From Candidatus Micrarchaeota archaeon (GTDB lineage Archaea > Iainarchaeota > Iainarchaeia > Iainarchaeales > 1-14-0-10-31-34), in NCBI GenBank assembly GCA_018829335.1, contig JAHJUD010000009.1, positions 1 to 59,972 on the forward strand: 59,972 nt of DNA, read 5' to 3'. Positions 1 through 8,772 of this stretch are shown here, piece after piece; within the stretch, counting starts at the first letter, position 1; each line of letters begins with the position of its first letter. Below the pieces are notes generated by a model that saw only the letters and a list, made by a program, of their open reading frames with translations, was not told where the DNA came from and searched no databases. The translations under genes were made by a program, and so were the position numbers.

Positions 1-154
1 TTCAGAAAAAGAAAATTTGGCAGTACGAGTTTATCTCGTACATTTGCTAAAACTTTTGGAAAAGTTTTGGGTAAAAGGTTCTACTAAATTATTGTGAGAG
101 GATACGCTTAAATAGTTAATTTCATTTATTATTTAGGTTGAAAAAGGCGGGAAC

Positions 155-1846
155 ATGGGAGAAAAACAGTTAAGCGAATTAAGCAAGAAAACAGTTGACT
201 CTGAATTTTTTACTTTGATTCCTGACGGATACAAAAAAGGAAAAGTCAAATATGTTGTTATTACTGGTTCAGTGATTAGCGGAATAGGAAAAGGCACTGT
301 AACTAGTTCTATTGCAAAATTACTGGAAGAAAGAGGATTAAAAGTTTCTCCAATGAAAGCTGAAGCATATTATAATGTTGATGCAGGAACATTAAATCCT
401 TTCAGGCACGGCGAAGTATTTGTTTTAGATGACGGAACTGAAACAGACATGGATTTAGGTTCATATGAAAGATTTATTGACAGGAATTTAACAAAAGAAA
501 ATTATCTTACCACAGGAAAAATTTTAAGCGAGATAATTGAAAAAGAAAGAGCAGGAAAATATTTGGGAAGAGACGTCCAATTTATTCCTCATGTTACAGG
601 AGAAACAAAAAAATATTTTAGGCAATTAGCAGTTGACTCTAGAGCTGATGTTGTTTTAATTGAAATTGGCGGAACAGTAGGAGACTATGAAAACATGTAT
701 TTGTTGGAGGCTGCAAGGCAGTTAAGATATGAAGAAGGAGAAGAAAACGTTTGTTTTATTAATTTGACTTATATTTTTGAGCCAAAAACTTTAGGAGAAC
801 AAAAAAGTAAGGCAGCTCAATTAGGAATAAAGAAAATGATTGAAATGGGTTTAATGCCAGATATTGTAATCTGCAGAAGCGAAAATCCAGTTCATGATAA
901 TATCAGAGAAAAAATAAGTGTTTTTTCTAATGTTCCTTTGAACAGGGTAATTGGATTGCATGACTCTGAAAATTTTTATCAGATTCCTTTAATGCTAAAA
1001 GAAAAAGGATTAGACAAGGCAATATTTGAATCATTAAAAATTGAAGAAAAAAAACTGCAGAACAACAATAGTTTAGAGAAATGGACTGAAGCAATGACAG
1101 TAAAAAATCCAAAGAAAAAAATTACAATAGGAATTGCAGGAAAATACACTGGCTTAAAAGACTCTTATATTAGCATAATCAAAGCATTAGAGCATTGTGA
1201 AGCAGAATTTAAAGTTAAAATTGAAGTTAAATGGATTGAAGCAACAGAAATTGAAACAGGAAAAAAGAAAGTAGAGGACGTAATAAAAGGAGTTGATGGA
1301 TTAATTGTGCCTGGAGGCTATGGAAAAAGAGGCGCAGAAGGAAAAATTGAGTGCGTTAAATACTGCAGAGAAAAAAACATTCCTTTTTTGGGCATATGCT
1401 ATGGTCTTCAGATGGCTTTAATTGAATTTGCAAGAAATGTGTTAGGAAAAGAAGATGCAAACACCATAGAAATTGATTCAGAGACAAAACAGCCTGTAAT
1501 CTGCCTGCTTCCAGACCAAAAAAAGATTGAAGGGCTAGGAGGCAATAACCGCCTTGGAGGATTTGACATTAAAGTAAAAGAAAACACTATAGCATTTAAA
1601 TTATATGGAAAAAATACAATCAGGGAAAGATTTAGGCACAGATATGAATGCAATCCTGAATTCATTAAAGAATTTGAAGAAAAAGGCATGGTTTTTTCTG
1701 GCAAGTCCCCTAAAGTGGACATAATGCAGATTCTTGAATTACCCAAACATAAATTCTTTTTGGGAACTCAATTCCATCCAGAATTAACTTCCCGTCCATT
1801 AAAACCAAGCCCTTGCTTTAAAGGATTAATTAAAGCTTGCTTGTGA
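155..1846 (+). CDS. pyrG: CTP synthase
   Basis: 563-aa ORF. Synthetase-domain motifs KYVVITGSVISGIGKG and DLGSYERF. C-terminal class-I glutamine amidotransferase motifs GICYGLQ, HRYE and GTQFHPE. ATG at 155 preceded by aaaggcggg. Confidence 0.95.
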   Translation: MGEKQLSELSKKTVDSEFFTLIPDGYKKGKVKYVVITGSVISGIGKGTVTSSIAKLLEERGLKVSPMKAEAYYNVDAGTLNPFRHGEVFVLDDGTETDMDLGSYERFIDRNLTKENYLTTGKILSEIIEKERAGKYLGRDVQFIPHVTGETKKYFRQLAVDSRADVVLIEIGGTVGDYENMYLLEAARQLRYEEGEENVCFINLTYIFEPKTLGEQKSKAAQLGIKKMIEMGLMPDIVICRSENPVHDNIREKISVFSNVPLNRVIGLHDSENFYQIPLMLKEKGLDKAIFESLKIEEKKLQNNNSLEKWTEAMTVKNPKKKITIGIAGKYTGLKDSYISIIKALEHCEAEFKVKIEVKWIEATEIETGKKKVEDVIKGVDGLIVPGGYGKRGAEGKIECVKYCREKNIPFLGICYGLQMALIEFARNVLGKEDANTIEIDSETKQPVICLLPDQKKIEGLGGNNRLGGFDIKVKENTIAFKLYGKNTIRERFRHRYECNPEFIKEFEEKGMVFSGKSPKVDIMQILELPKHKFFLGTQFHPELTSRPLKPSPCFKGLIKACL

Positions 1847-1901
1847 TTAAGTCAATTAACGAAACTCAAGTTTTTTATTCTATTTTATTTTGACTTTTTT
1901 A

Positions 1902-2324
1902 ATGCAGGAAAAAAAGAAATTCTATTTGGATACTTGTATTTGGCGGGATTATTTTGAAGACAGAAAAGACAATTTAAAGCCTTTAGGTGAATTTGCTTTT
2001 CAGTTCCTTAAAAAGTGCATAAAAGAGAATGCAGTAATTTTTGTTTCTGATTTGGTTATTGAAGAGTTAAAGAAAGATTATTCTTTAGAACAAATTGAAT
2101 TAATGTTCTCAGATTTTAAGCATTTAATTGTAAGAACTGTTTATTCAAGAGAACAAGCTAAAGAAGCTTTTCAGTTTCAAAGAAATACTAAAAAAAAGTT
2201 TCCTTTATCAGATGTATTGCATTCAATTATGTCAAGAGATGAAAAAGCAATTCTTGTAACCAGAGACAAACATTTTGAAGAAATAAAAATCAGCGAAACT
2301 GACTTGCCTGAAAATCTTCTTTAA
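1902..2324 (+). CDS. PIN-domain protein (VapC-like toxin candidate)
   Basis: The ORF-track start at 1890 is TTG; the first ATG is at 1902 (MQEKKKFYLDTC). Acidic residues lie in PIN-like spacing: YLDTC, VIEEL, LSDVL, VTRDKHF. Confidence 0.7.
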   Translation: MQEKKKFYLDTCIWRDYFEDRKDNLKPLGEFAFQFLKKCIKENAVIFVSDLVIEELKKDYSLEQIELMFSDFKHLIVRTVYSREQAKEAFQFQRNTKKKFPLSDVLHSIMSRDEKAILVTRDKHFEEIKISETDLPENLL

Positions 2325-2620
2325 GGCTTTAAACCGAATTTTTTAAAGAGTTCTTTTTCAAGTTCTTTGCTTCCTTCATTGCTTCTCCAGTCATGCCATT
2401 CTTCATCTGATTTAAACCTGCTTTTTCCTTTAAGGCTTCCTCTTGCTGCAATTAAATTATTCCATGCTTTCTTCTTATCCCTTTGTTCATCTAATTCCCT
2501 TAACTTGCTTCTTATTGCCTCGCGAATGAATTCAGTTTTAGTTGAATACTTGAATTCTTTCATGTCTTTTTCAATCTGCTTTGAAAGAGAACTATCCAGT
2601 CTTAAACAAATATTTTCCAT
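2321..2620 (-). CDS. Ribbon-helix-helix (CopG/VapB-like) DNA-binding protein
   Basis: ATG at 2620 (track start 2629 is TTG). The N-terminus ICLRLDSSLSKQIEK..TKTEFIREAIRSKLRE fits a beta-strand/helix/helix RHH pattern. Convergent with the PIN gene with a 4-nt overlap. Confidence 0.55.
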   Translation of the reverse strand: MENICLRLDSSLSKQIEKDMKEFKYSTKTEFIREAIRSKLRELDEQRDKKKAWNNLIAARGSLKGKSRFKSDEEWHDWRSNEGSKELEKELFKKFGLKP

Positions 2621-2659
2621 GCAATACAATGCAATGCAAAGTAATGTTTAAAAACAGTG

Positions 2660-3076
2660 TTATTCTCCCATTATTTTTACTTCAATTTTCCTGTTTCTTG
2701 GCTTGTTGTCTGATTCAACAAAAACAATCTGCTGCCATGTGCCAGTTAAAAGTTTTCCTTCAGAAAAAGGAATAAATAAATCTGGCTTTAAAAGTGAAGC
2801 GCGAACATGAGAATGGCCGTTTCCGTCATGCCAGGTTAAATCATGCTGGTATTTTCCTTTAGGAATAATCCTGTCAAGGAATTCCGGAAAATCTTTTTGC
2901 AGGCCTGGCTCAAATTCAATTGTAGTTAAAGCTCCAGTTGAGCCAACAGCAAACAAAAAAACTATTCCTTCTTTTAATTTGCTTTTTTTTAATTCAGCTT
3001 CAACTTGAGATGAAAAGTCAATTAAATGATTTTCTTTTTTTGATTCAAATAAAATTTGGGAAGAAAAAATTTTCAT
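2660..3076 (-). CDS. YjbQ/UPF0047 family protein (secondary thiamine-phosphate synthase-like)
   Basis: 138 aa with family-typical STGALTTIEFEPG, HDGNGHSHVRASL, and GKLLTGTWQQIVFVESD..PRNRKIEV. Confidence 0.85.
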   Translation of the reverse strand: MKIFSSQILFESKKENHLIDFSSQVEAELKKSKLKEGIVFLFAVGSTGALTTIEFEPGLQKDFPEFLDRIIPKGKYQHDLTWHDGNGHSHVRASLLKPDLFIPFSEGKLLTGTWQQIVFVESDNKPRNRKIEVKIMGE

Positions 3077-3241
3077 TTAATCATCCATTAACATGTTCGG
3101 AATTCCGTTTTCTATTTTGAATTCTTTTCTGCATTTAGTGCAGATTAATTTCGAGTTTTTTTTGTTGTAATTTAAATCTGAACTGCATGCAGGGCATGCA
3201 AGAACATCAAGCAGTTCTTTTGATAATTCATTTGAATTCAT
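3077..3241 (-). CDS. Trm112-family small zinc-ribbon protein (54 aa, below the ORF-track cutoff)
   Basis: Hand translation of the minus strand gives MNSNELSKELLDVLACPACSSDLNYNKKNSKLICTKCRKEFKIENGIPNMLMDD*. It carries the CPxC..CxxC and GIP.ML signature of Trm112/UPF0434. Its TAA stop abuts the ATG of the YjbQ gene. Confidence 0.8.
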   Translation of the reverse strand: MNSNELSKELLDVLACPACSSDLNYNKKNSKLICTKCRKEFKIENGIPNMLMDD

Positions 3242-3268
3242 TTTTTCACCAACAATTTTTTTATTTCA

Positions 3269-4357
3269 TCAAGCCTTTTGTTTTCTTTCCTCTAAAACTT
3301 CTCTATAAAGTTTTTCTGTTTTCTCTGCAATAACTTTTACATCAAATTCTTTTAATACTTTTTCTCTTGCTTTAGAGCCAAAAGAACTGCATAAAGTAGA
3401 ACTTGAAAGTAAATCAATTAAATGATTTTTTAATTCTTCTTTTTTTCCTTTTTTAAACACTAAACCATTTTTTCCTGAATCAATCTGGTCTTTTATTCCA
3501 AAAGCATTTGATGCAATTACTGCACAACCTGAACTCATTGCTTCTAATACCACTACAGGCATTACCTCAAAAAAAGAGGGAAGAACAAAAACAGATGCAG
3601 TTGAAAAGAAAAAAGCCAGTTCTTTGTGGGAAACAAAACCAAAAAAATTGCATTTAATGCCTGCTTTTTTTGCCTGTGATTCAAGTTTTTTTCTTTCAGG
3701 GCCTTCTCCTATAACTTCTAATTCAAAATCAAATTTGTTTTTTAATTCTCCTAAAACTTCAATCAGCATTTCAAGGTTTTTTTCTTTATCCAGTCTTCCA
3801 ACAAAAAGAATTTTGTTTTCCTGTTTTTTTGCCGGAACAAATATTCCAGAATCCACAAAATTTGGGATAAAAACCACTTTATTTTTTCTTTCAGGAATTT
3901 TTTCCTGAATTATTTCTTTTATTTCTGAACTTAATGCAATAATTCTGTCAGCTTTTTCATAGACTTTTTGCTGGAAAAAACTGAACATTGGAGTAAATAA
4001 AGTTTTATGGTATTTGGCTTTTGGAAGGTTATACCAGTTGTGTTCTGAATAAACTAAAGGTTTTCCAAGAAAAGGATAAGCGGTTAAAGGGTAATGGCAA
4101 TGCAGTATTTCCCCTTGAACTAAACTCTTTTTTTTCCAGCAGTTAACCATTGAATAAAAATTATGTATTCTGTCAAAAGAAATATTTGAGCCGATTTCAA
4201 TTGAATTTTCTAATTCAGATTTTGAGGCAAAAAGCTGGACTGTGTTTCCTCTTTTTTTCAGTTCTTTTATTAAATCAAATTCAAGTATTTCTATTCCTCC
4301 TTTTGTCGGAGGAAAAACATCAATTCTTGAACCAGTACTAATAAACGTGATATTCAT
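3269..4357 (-). CDS. Glycosyltransferase, GT4 (GT-B fold)
   Basis: 362 aa. GRLDKEKN and FVLPSFFEVMPVVVLEAMSSGCAVIAS..GKNGLV match the E-x7-E retaining GT-B signature. ATGA overlap with the upstream gene. Confidence 0.85.
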   Translation of the reverse strand: MNITFISTGSRIDVFPPTKGGIEILEFDLIKELKKRGNTVQLFASKSELENSIEIGSNISFDRIHNFYSMVNCWKKKSLVQGEILHCHYPLTAYPFLGKPLVYSEHNWYNLPKAKYHKTLFTPMFSFFQQKVYEKADRIIALSSEIKEIIQEKIPERKNKVVFIPNFVDSGIFVPAKKQENKILFVGRLDKEKNLEMLIEVLGELKNKFDFELEVIGEGPERKKLESQAKKAGIKCNFFGFVSHKELAFFFSTASVFVLPSFFEVMPVVVLEAMSSGCAVIASNAFGIKDQIDSGKNGLVFKKGKKEELKNHLIDLLSSSTLCSSFGSKAREKVLKEFDVKVIAEKTEKLYREVLEERKQKA

Positions 4358-5490
4358 CTAAATCTCTCTTCATACAATTCTTTCATTGTTTTTATGAGAA
4401 CAGAACTTGCAATCAGCTGGATTCCAATAAACAAACAGACAACCCCAATCAGAGGAATTGAAAGATGAGAATAATTTGAAATCGAAAAAACCATTGTAAA
4501 GCCCAAAACAAACAAAAATAATCCTATTAGATTGTATCTTGAAAGAAAGAAACGATTGTATGCACCCTGATAAACTATTGCAGTGTTAAGTTTCCTGTAA
4601 AAAAGTTTTACAATAAAGTTTGCAAGAAAACCAAAAAAAATCAGGGAAATTCCAACAAGAATTAATGAAGAAATAAGAAAAACTCTTCTTAACCCAAAAC
4701 TGCCAAAACTCATTCCGCTGAAAAAAAACGGATAAAATAAAAGAATCCCAAGCAAAACAAAAATAAAACCGATTGAGCCAAACAATTTTAATGGATTATA
4801 TCTTTTGACAACTTCAAGAATCGACAAAAGAAAATTAAATCCGTATTTAAAACTGTTAAGTTTTGAGTTTCCTGTTCTTTTAGAGTATTCTATTGGAATA
4901 AAATCTATTTTCCATTTTTCGTGCACTGCCATTGCAGTCATTGCAGGAGTAAAAGAAAGATTGTCAGGCAATGAATCAAAAGATGAAGCAAGTTTTCTTT
5001 TAAAGACACGCATTCCTGACGCAGTGTCTTTTACTTTAGAGCTTCCAAAAAAATTCAGTAAAAAAACAAACATTTTGTTTCCAATAAGCCTTTGGGCAGG
5101 CATTTTAGTTCCATGCCCTAATCTTGAACCTATAACTATGTCAGCATTCTTTGAAATTAAAAATTTTATTAATTCAGTCATTTTGTTTATTGGATAAGTT
5201 CCGTCAGCATCATAAAAAGCAATTAAATCAGATTTAGAGTTTTTGATTCCTGTCTTTAATGCTGCACCATAACCTTTGTTTTCTTTATGTGAAATTAATT
5301 TTACTTGGGGAGCAAATTTTTGAATTAATTTTTCTGTTGAATCAGTTGAACAATCATTAACCATTATTATTTCTACTTCTTTAATTTCAGTGTTTTGCTG
5401 GATTCTTTCTTTTTCTTTCAGGGACTGTTTAATAGTTGAAACTATTGCTTTTTCTTCATTAAAGGCAGGAATGATTATTGAAAGCTTCAT
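4354..5490 (-). CDS. GT2 glycosyltransferase with C-terminal multi-TM domain (polyprenyl-phosphate glycosyltransferase-like)
   Basis: LSIIIPAFNEE, VNDCSTDST and FYDADG motifs, followed by about 4 hydrophobic helices in the C-terminal 130 aa. Confidence 0.8.
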   Translation of the reverse strand: MKLSIIIPAFNEEKAIVSTIKQSLKEKERIQQNTEIKEVEIIMVNDCSTDSTEKLIQKFAPQVKLISHKENKGYGAALKTGIKNSKSDLIAFYDADGTYPINKMTELIKFLISKNADIVIGSRLGHGTKMPAQRLIGNKMFVFLLNFFGSSKVKDTASGMRVFKRKLASSFDSLPDNLSFTPAMTAMAVHEKWKIDFIPIEYSKRTGNSKLNSFKYGFNFLLSILEVVKRYNPLKLFGSIGFIFVLLGILLFYPFFFSGMSFGSFGLRRVFLISSLILVGISLIFFGFLANFIVKLFYRKLNTAIVYQGAYNRFFLSRYNLIGLFLFVLGFTMVFSISNYSHLSIPLIGVVCLFIGIQLIASSVLIKTMKELYEERFR

Positions 5491-5587
5491 GGCATCAAAA
5501 CATAACTTTTAATAAATAAGAATACTATTATGATTACTTAAATAAAAAGGTTTTGCCAATTTCATTTTATTTCTTAAAGGGCTTATA

Positions 5588-6337
5588 ATGAACGAAAAAA
5601 TTATTGAAACAAGAAATTTAAGAAAAGAATTCAAGTCAAGTTTGAATCCTAATTCTATTACAGAATTTTTTTTTCCAAAACACAAGACAACTATTGCAGT
5701 TAATTCAGTTGATTTAAATGTATTTAAAGGAGAAACTTTAGGTTTGCTTGGGCCAAACGGCGCAGGAAAAACCACTTTAATAAAGCTTTTGACTGGAATA
5801 CTTTATCCTACTTCAGGAGAAACTCTCATTAAAGGAAAACCAGTTGAACAGCAAAAAAGTCTTATAGGAATAATGCTCGGATATGAAATGATTTATTACA
5901 GGTTAAGCGGATACGACAACTTAAAATATTTTGCAAGATTATACAAAATAAAAGATTTTGATTCAAGAATAAAAGAGTTAAGCTCTTTTTTGGGTTTTGA
6001 AGAATACTTGTATGATTATGTTGAAAATTATTCTTTGGGTACAAAATCAAAGCTGGCTTTAGCAAGGGCTTTAATTCATGACCCTGAAATTCTTGTATTA
6101 GATGAACCAACTTTAGGATTGGATATTAATGTTTCTGACAGAATCAGAAAACACATAAAAGAAATGGACAAAACAATAATTCTTACAACTCATTACGAAA
6201 AAGAGGCAAGAGATTTATGCGACAGAATTGCATTAATGGATGAAGGAAAAATAATTGAAATTGAAAACAAAGGAAACTTTGACAAAACAATAAAAACTTT
6301 TATTGGGTTAGGCGTAAAAAATGGAAATTTTAAGTGA
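5588..6337 (+). CDS. ABC transporter ATP-binding protein (ABC-2 exporter type)
   Basis: Walker A GPNGAGKTT, signature-like YSLGTKSKLALARAL, Walker B ILVLDEPT, H-loop TTHY. Confidence 0.9.
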   Translation: MNEKIIETRNLRKEFKSSLNPNSITEFFFPKHKTTIAVNSVDLNVFKGETLGLLGPNGAGKTTLIKLLTGILYPTSGETLIKGKPVEQQKSLIGIMLGYEMIYYRLSGYDNLKYFARLYKIKDFDSRIKELSSFLGFEEYLYDYVENYSLGTKSKLALARALIHDPEILVLDEPTLGLDINVSDRIRKHIKEMDKTIILTTHYEKEARDLCDRIALMDEGKIIEIENKGNFDKTIKTFIGLGVKNGNFK

Positions 6338-7115
6338 AATAATTGCAATAACAAAAAAAGACTTTAAATTAAGCATCAGATTCAAGACAGCATACCTGCT
6401 AAACACTTTTATTAATCCTTTTCTTTCAGTCATTCCATTGTTTATTATTTATTATGGCTTTCTTCATTACACTGGATCAGAAGGTTTTGGAGGAGTCACA
6501 GCAGACAATTATGTCCAATTCCTTATTTTTGGAATAATAGCGCAGGCTTTTTTTTACAATGGAACCTATATTTTTGCATTAAAATTCAGGGAAGAAAAAT
6601 ACTGGAAGACAATTGATGCTTTATTTGTTGCGCCAATAAATTATCTTTCATTGATTATTGGAACAGGAATAAATGTCGGATTAAACCTGCTTCCATTGTT
6701 CTTGGTTTTCTTGCTGTTTGCTTCAGTGTTTGGCGCGCCTTCAATTTTGATGATTACTTTGACTGTTTTGATAATGTTTATTCTTTTAGGGTTTTGTTTA
6801 GGAGCCGGCTTAATTTACGGTGCATTAACTTTATTCAACGAAAACTTTGATCCTTTTTTCAGGTATTTTTTTGCGGCATGGATTCTTTTAAGCTGTTTTG
6901 CTTATCCGCTTAATATTATTCCTGAAGTTTTTAGAGGAATAGTTTTAATCAATCCTGTTTTCCATGCAGTAAACTTTGCAAGAGAAATGTGGATGCATAA
7001 TTTTATTGCATGGGGAAGCTTTTTTTATGTTTTAGGTTTTGCAATAATCATGCCAATAATTTCAGTTTTTGTTTTCAAGCTTGCATGGAAAAGAATGGAA
7101 GTCCAAGGTTATTAG
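6321..7115 (+). CDS. ABC-2 type transporter permease
   Basis: 264 aa with about 6 hydrophobic helices. Overlaps the ATPase gene by 17 nt. Lies within the glycan cluster. Confidence 0.75.
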   Translation: MEILSEIIAITKKDFKLSIRFKTAYLLNTFINPFLSVIPLFIIYYGFLHYTGSEGFGGVTADNYVQFLIFGIIAQAFFYNGTYIFALKFREEKYWKTIDALFVAPINYLSLIIGTGINVGLNLLPLFLVFLLFASVFGAPSILMITLTVLIMFILLGFCLGAGLIYGALTLFNENFDPFFRYFFAAWILLSCFAYPLNIIPEVFRGIVLINPVFHAVNFAREMWMHNFIAWGSFFYVLGFAIIMPIISVFVFKLAWKRMEVQGY

Positions 7116-7121
7116 CTTTTA

Positions 7122-7757
7122 TTATTTTTTTGAACAGATAAACGAAAAACTGTAAGTTAAATTTTTTGGAATCAACCTGCCTAAAGAATTATGCGTGTGC
7201 TTAAAATCTTTTTCAACAACAAAAAATTTTTCCAGAAGTTTCCTCCATTCATTCAGAGAAGCAAGCCTTTCATTTGGCTGAAAATAAGTTGCTTTGTTCA
7301 GCTTAAATAAAATAAAATTAGAGTTAGGCACATAAAAATTGGCTTTTCCTTTATTCTTTAAAACCCTCTGCATTTCATTTAATGCTTTTTCCATTTCAAT
7401 AAAATGCTCTAAACTTCCCAAACAAGAAACAAAATCAAATGAACGGTCCTTAAACGGCAGGCTTGAAGCTGAAGCAAGAATCAAATCTGCATTACAGTTT
7501 TTTTTTGCCTGAATTAATGCCTCTAAACTAAAGTCAACTCCAAAGCATTTAAGGAATTTTTCTGCTTGTTTAAGGAAAAAGCCTCCGCCACAGCCTACAT
7601 CCAAAAGCTTTTTTTCTGTTTTTTCTTTGACTTCAAGCCATTCAAGCATTAAAGAATTGTATTTTTTTGTTGTTTCAAACACACCAAAATCAGAAAATCT
7701 TTTATTATACCATTCTGCAGCAGATTCATCAGTATTAAATGCAATTCTTTTGATCAT
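7122..7757 (-). CDS. Class I SAM-dependent methyltransferase
   Basis: Motif I LLDVGCGGGFF, then post-I and motif II spacing (DLILASASS..FDFVSCLGSLEH). Confidence 0.8.
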   Translation of the reverse strand: MIKRIAFNTDESAAEWYNKRFSDFGVFETTKKYNSLMLEWLEVKEKTEKKLLDVGCGGGFFLKQAEKFLKCFGVDFSLEALIQAKKNCNADLILASASSLPFKDRSFDFVSCLGSLEHFIEMEKALNEMQRVLKNKGKANFYVPNSNFILFKLNKATYFQPNERLASLNEWRKLLEKFFVVEKDFKHTHNSLGRLIPKNLTYSFSFICSKK

Positions 7758-7791
7758 GAAAAAATAAGGAAGCCAAATAATTAAAGAAGAT

Positions 7792-8772
7792 ATGCAGAAA
7801 AATCATACAATGAAGCCAAAAATTTCAGTCATAATATGCGAAAGGAATTCAGAAAAATTCATTGAAGAATGCATTGCATCAGTGATCAGCCAGTCTTTCA
7901 GGGATTTTGAGCTGATTATAATTGATGATTTTTCAACAGACAAAACAAAAGAAAAAATAAATAAGCTGAAAGAAAAACACGAAATGAATTTGATTGAATT
8001 AAAAAAGCATTCAGGAATCAGTTTTGCAAGAAACACAGGAATAAAAAATTCCAAAGGAGAATTTGTCGCTTTCCTTGACTCTGATGCAATGGCAGGAAAA
8101 AACTGGTTGCAGGAACTTCTTGAAGCGTTTGATGAAAAGGCTGCTTCAGTTGGAGGGCCCAACATTCTGCCTGAAAACACAGGCGAAAAAGAAAAAATTT
8201 TTGATGAACTCCTTGAATTCATTTCAAGAATAGGTTCAGATTACATAAAAAAATCAAGCAAAATAACTGAAGTAAAGCATAATCCTGGATGCAATTCAAT
8301 GTACAGGAAAAAAACCCTTGAAGAAATTAATGGATTCAATGAAAAGCTTTCAAGCAATGAAGACCCTGAACTTGATTTCAGAATTAAAAAGAAAGGCTAT
8401 AAAATAAAATTTAATCCAAAAGCAGTTGTTTATCATCACAGAAAGAATTCAGCTAAAAAAATATTCAATCAGGCTTTCTGGTTTGGCTTGGGCAGAATGC
8501 AGGCAATAAAAGTTAATTTTAGAATGATTGAATGGTTTAGAACAGTTCCTGCAATTTCAATCATCATAATTTTGCTTTTGTTTTTTTTTGGGGTTTATTC
8601 AGGAAAATTTGAATTAATAGTTTATTTTTCTTTTTTTCTGGTTTTAGTTTTGATCATGATTTCTTTGGCTGCAATGATTAAATACAAAAGGATTTCATTG
8701 CATTATTTTATTTTTTTGTTTTCATGGTTTTTTGGTTATGGTTTTGGAATGATTAAAGGAGTATTCAAATGA
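7792..8772 (+). CDS. GT2 glycosyltransferase with C-terminal TM segments
   Basis: ISVIICERNSEKFI, IIIDDFSTDKT, FLDSDA and EDPELDFR motifs. Hydrophobic C-terminus. Confidence 0.85.
   Translation: MQKNHTMKPKISVIICERNSEKFIEECIASVISQSFRDFELIIIDDFSTDKTKEKINKLKEKHEMNLIELKKHSGISFARNTGIKNSKGEFVAFLDSDAMAGKNWLQELLEAFDEKAASVGGPNILPENTGEKEKIFDELLEFISRIGSDYIKKSSKITEVKHNPGCNSMYRKKTLEEINGFNEKLSSNEDPELDFRIKKKGYKIKFNPKAVVYHHRKNSAKKIFNQAFWFGLGRMQAIKVNFRMIEWFRTVPAISIIIILLLFFFGVYSGKFELIVYFSFFLVLVLIMISLAAMIKYKRISLHYFIFLFSWFFGYGFGMIKGVFK

Noticed and set aside
1-87. Partial ORF at the window edge (…FRKRKFGSTSLSRTFAKTFGKVLGKRFY*)
   Set aside because: Only 28 codons are visible and basic, with no motif. I cannot tell a real gene 3' end from chance. 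It also contains the 20-nt palindrome and a GTACGAG/CTCGTAC hairpin, which may be the actual functional elements.
155-250. N-terminal extension of about 30 aa on CTP synthase as a novel domain
   Set aside because: There is no alternative in-frame Met before the conserved KYVVITG start of the synthetase domain. The extension is short and unremarkable, probably lineage-specific N-terminal variation.
5509-5775. 88-aa minus-strand ORF overlapping the start of the ABC ATPase gene
   Set aside because: It is antisense to the Walker A region of a well-supported ABC ATPase and spans the divergent promoter. No independent support.
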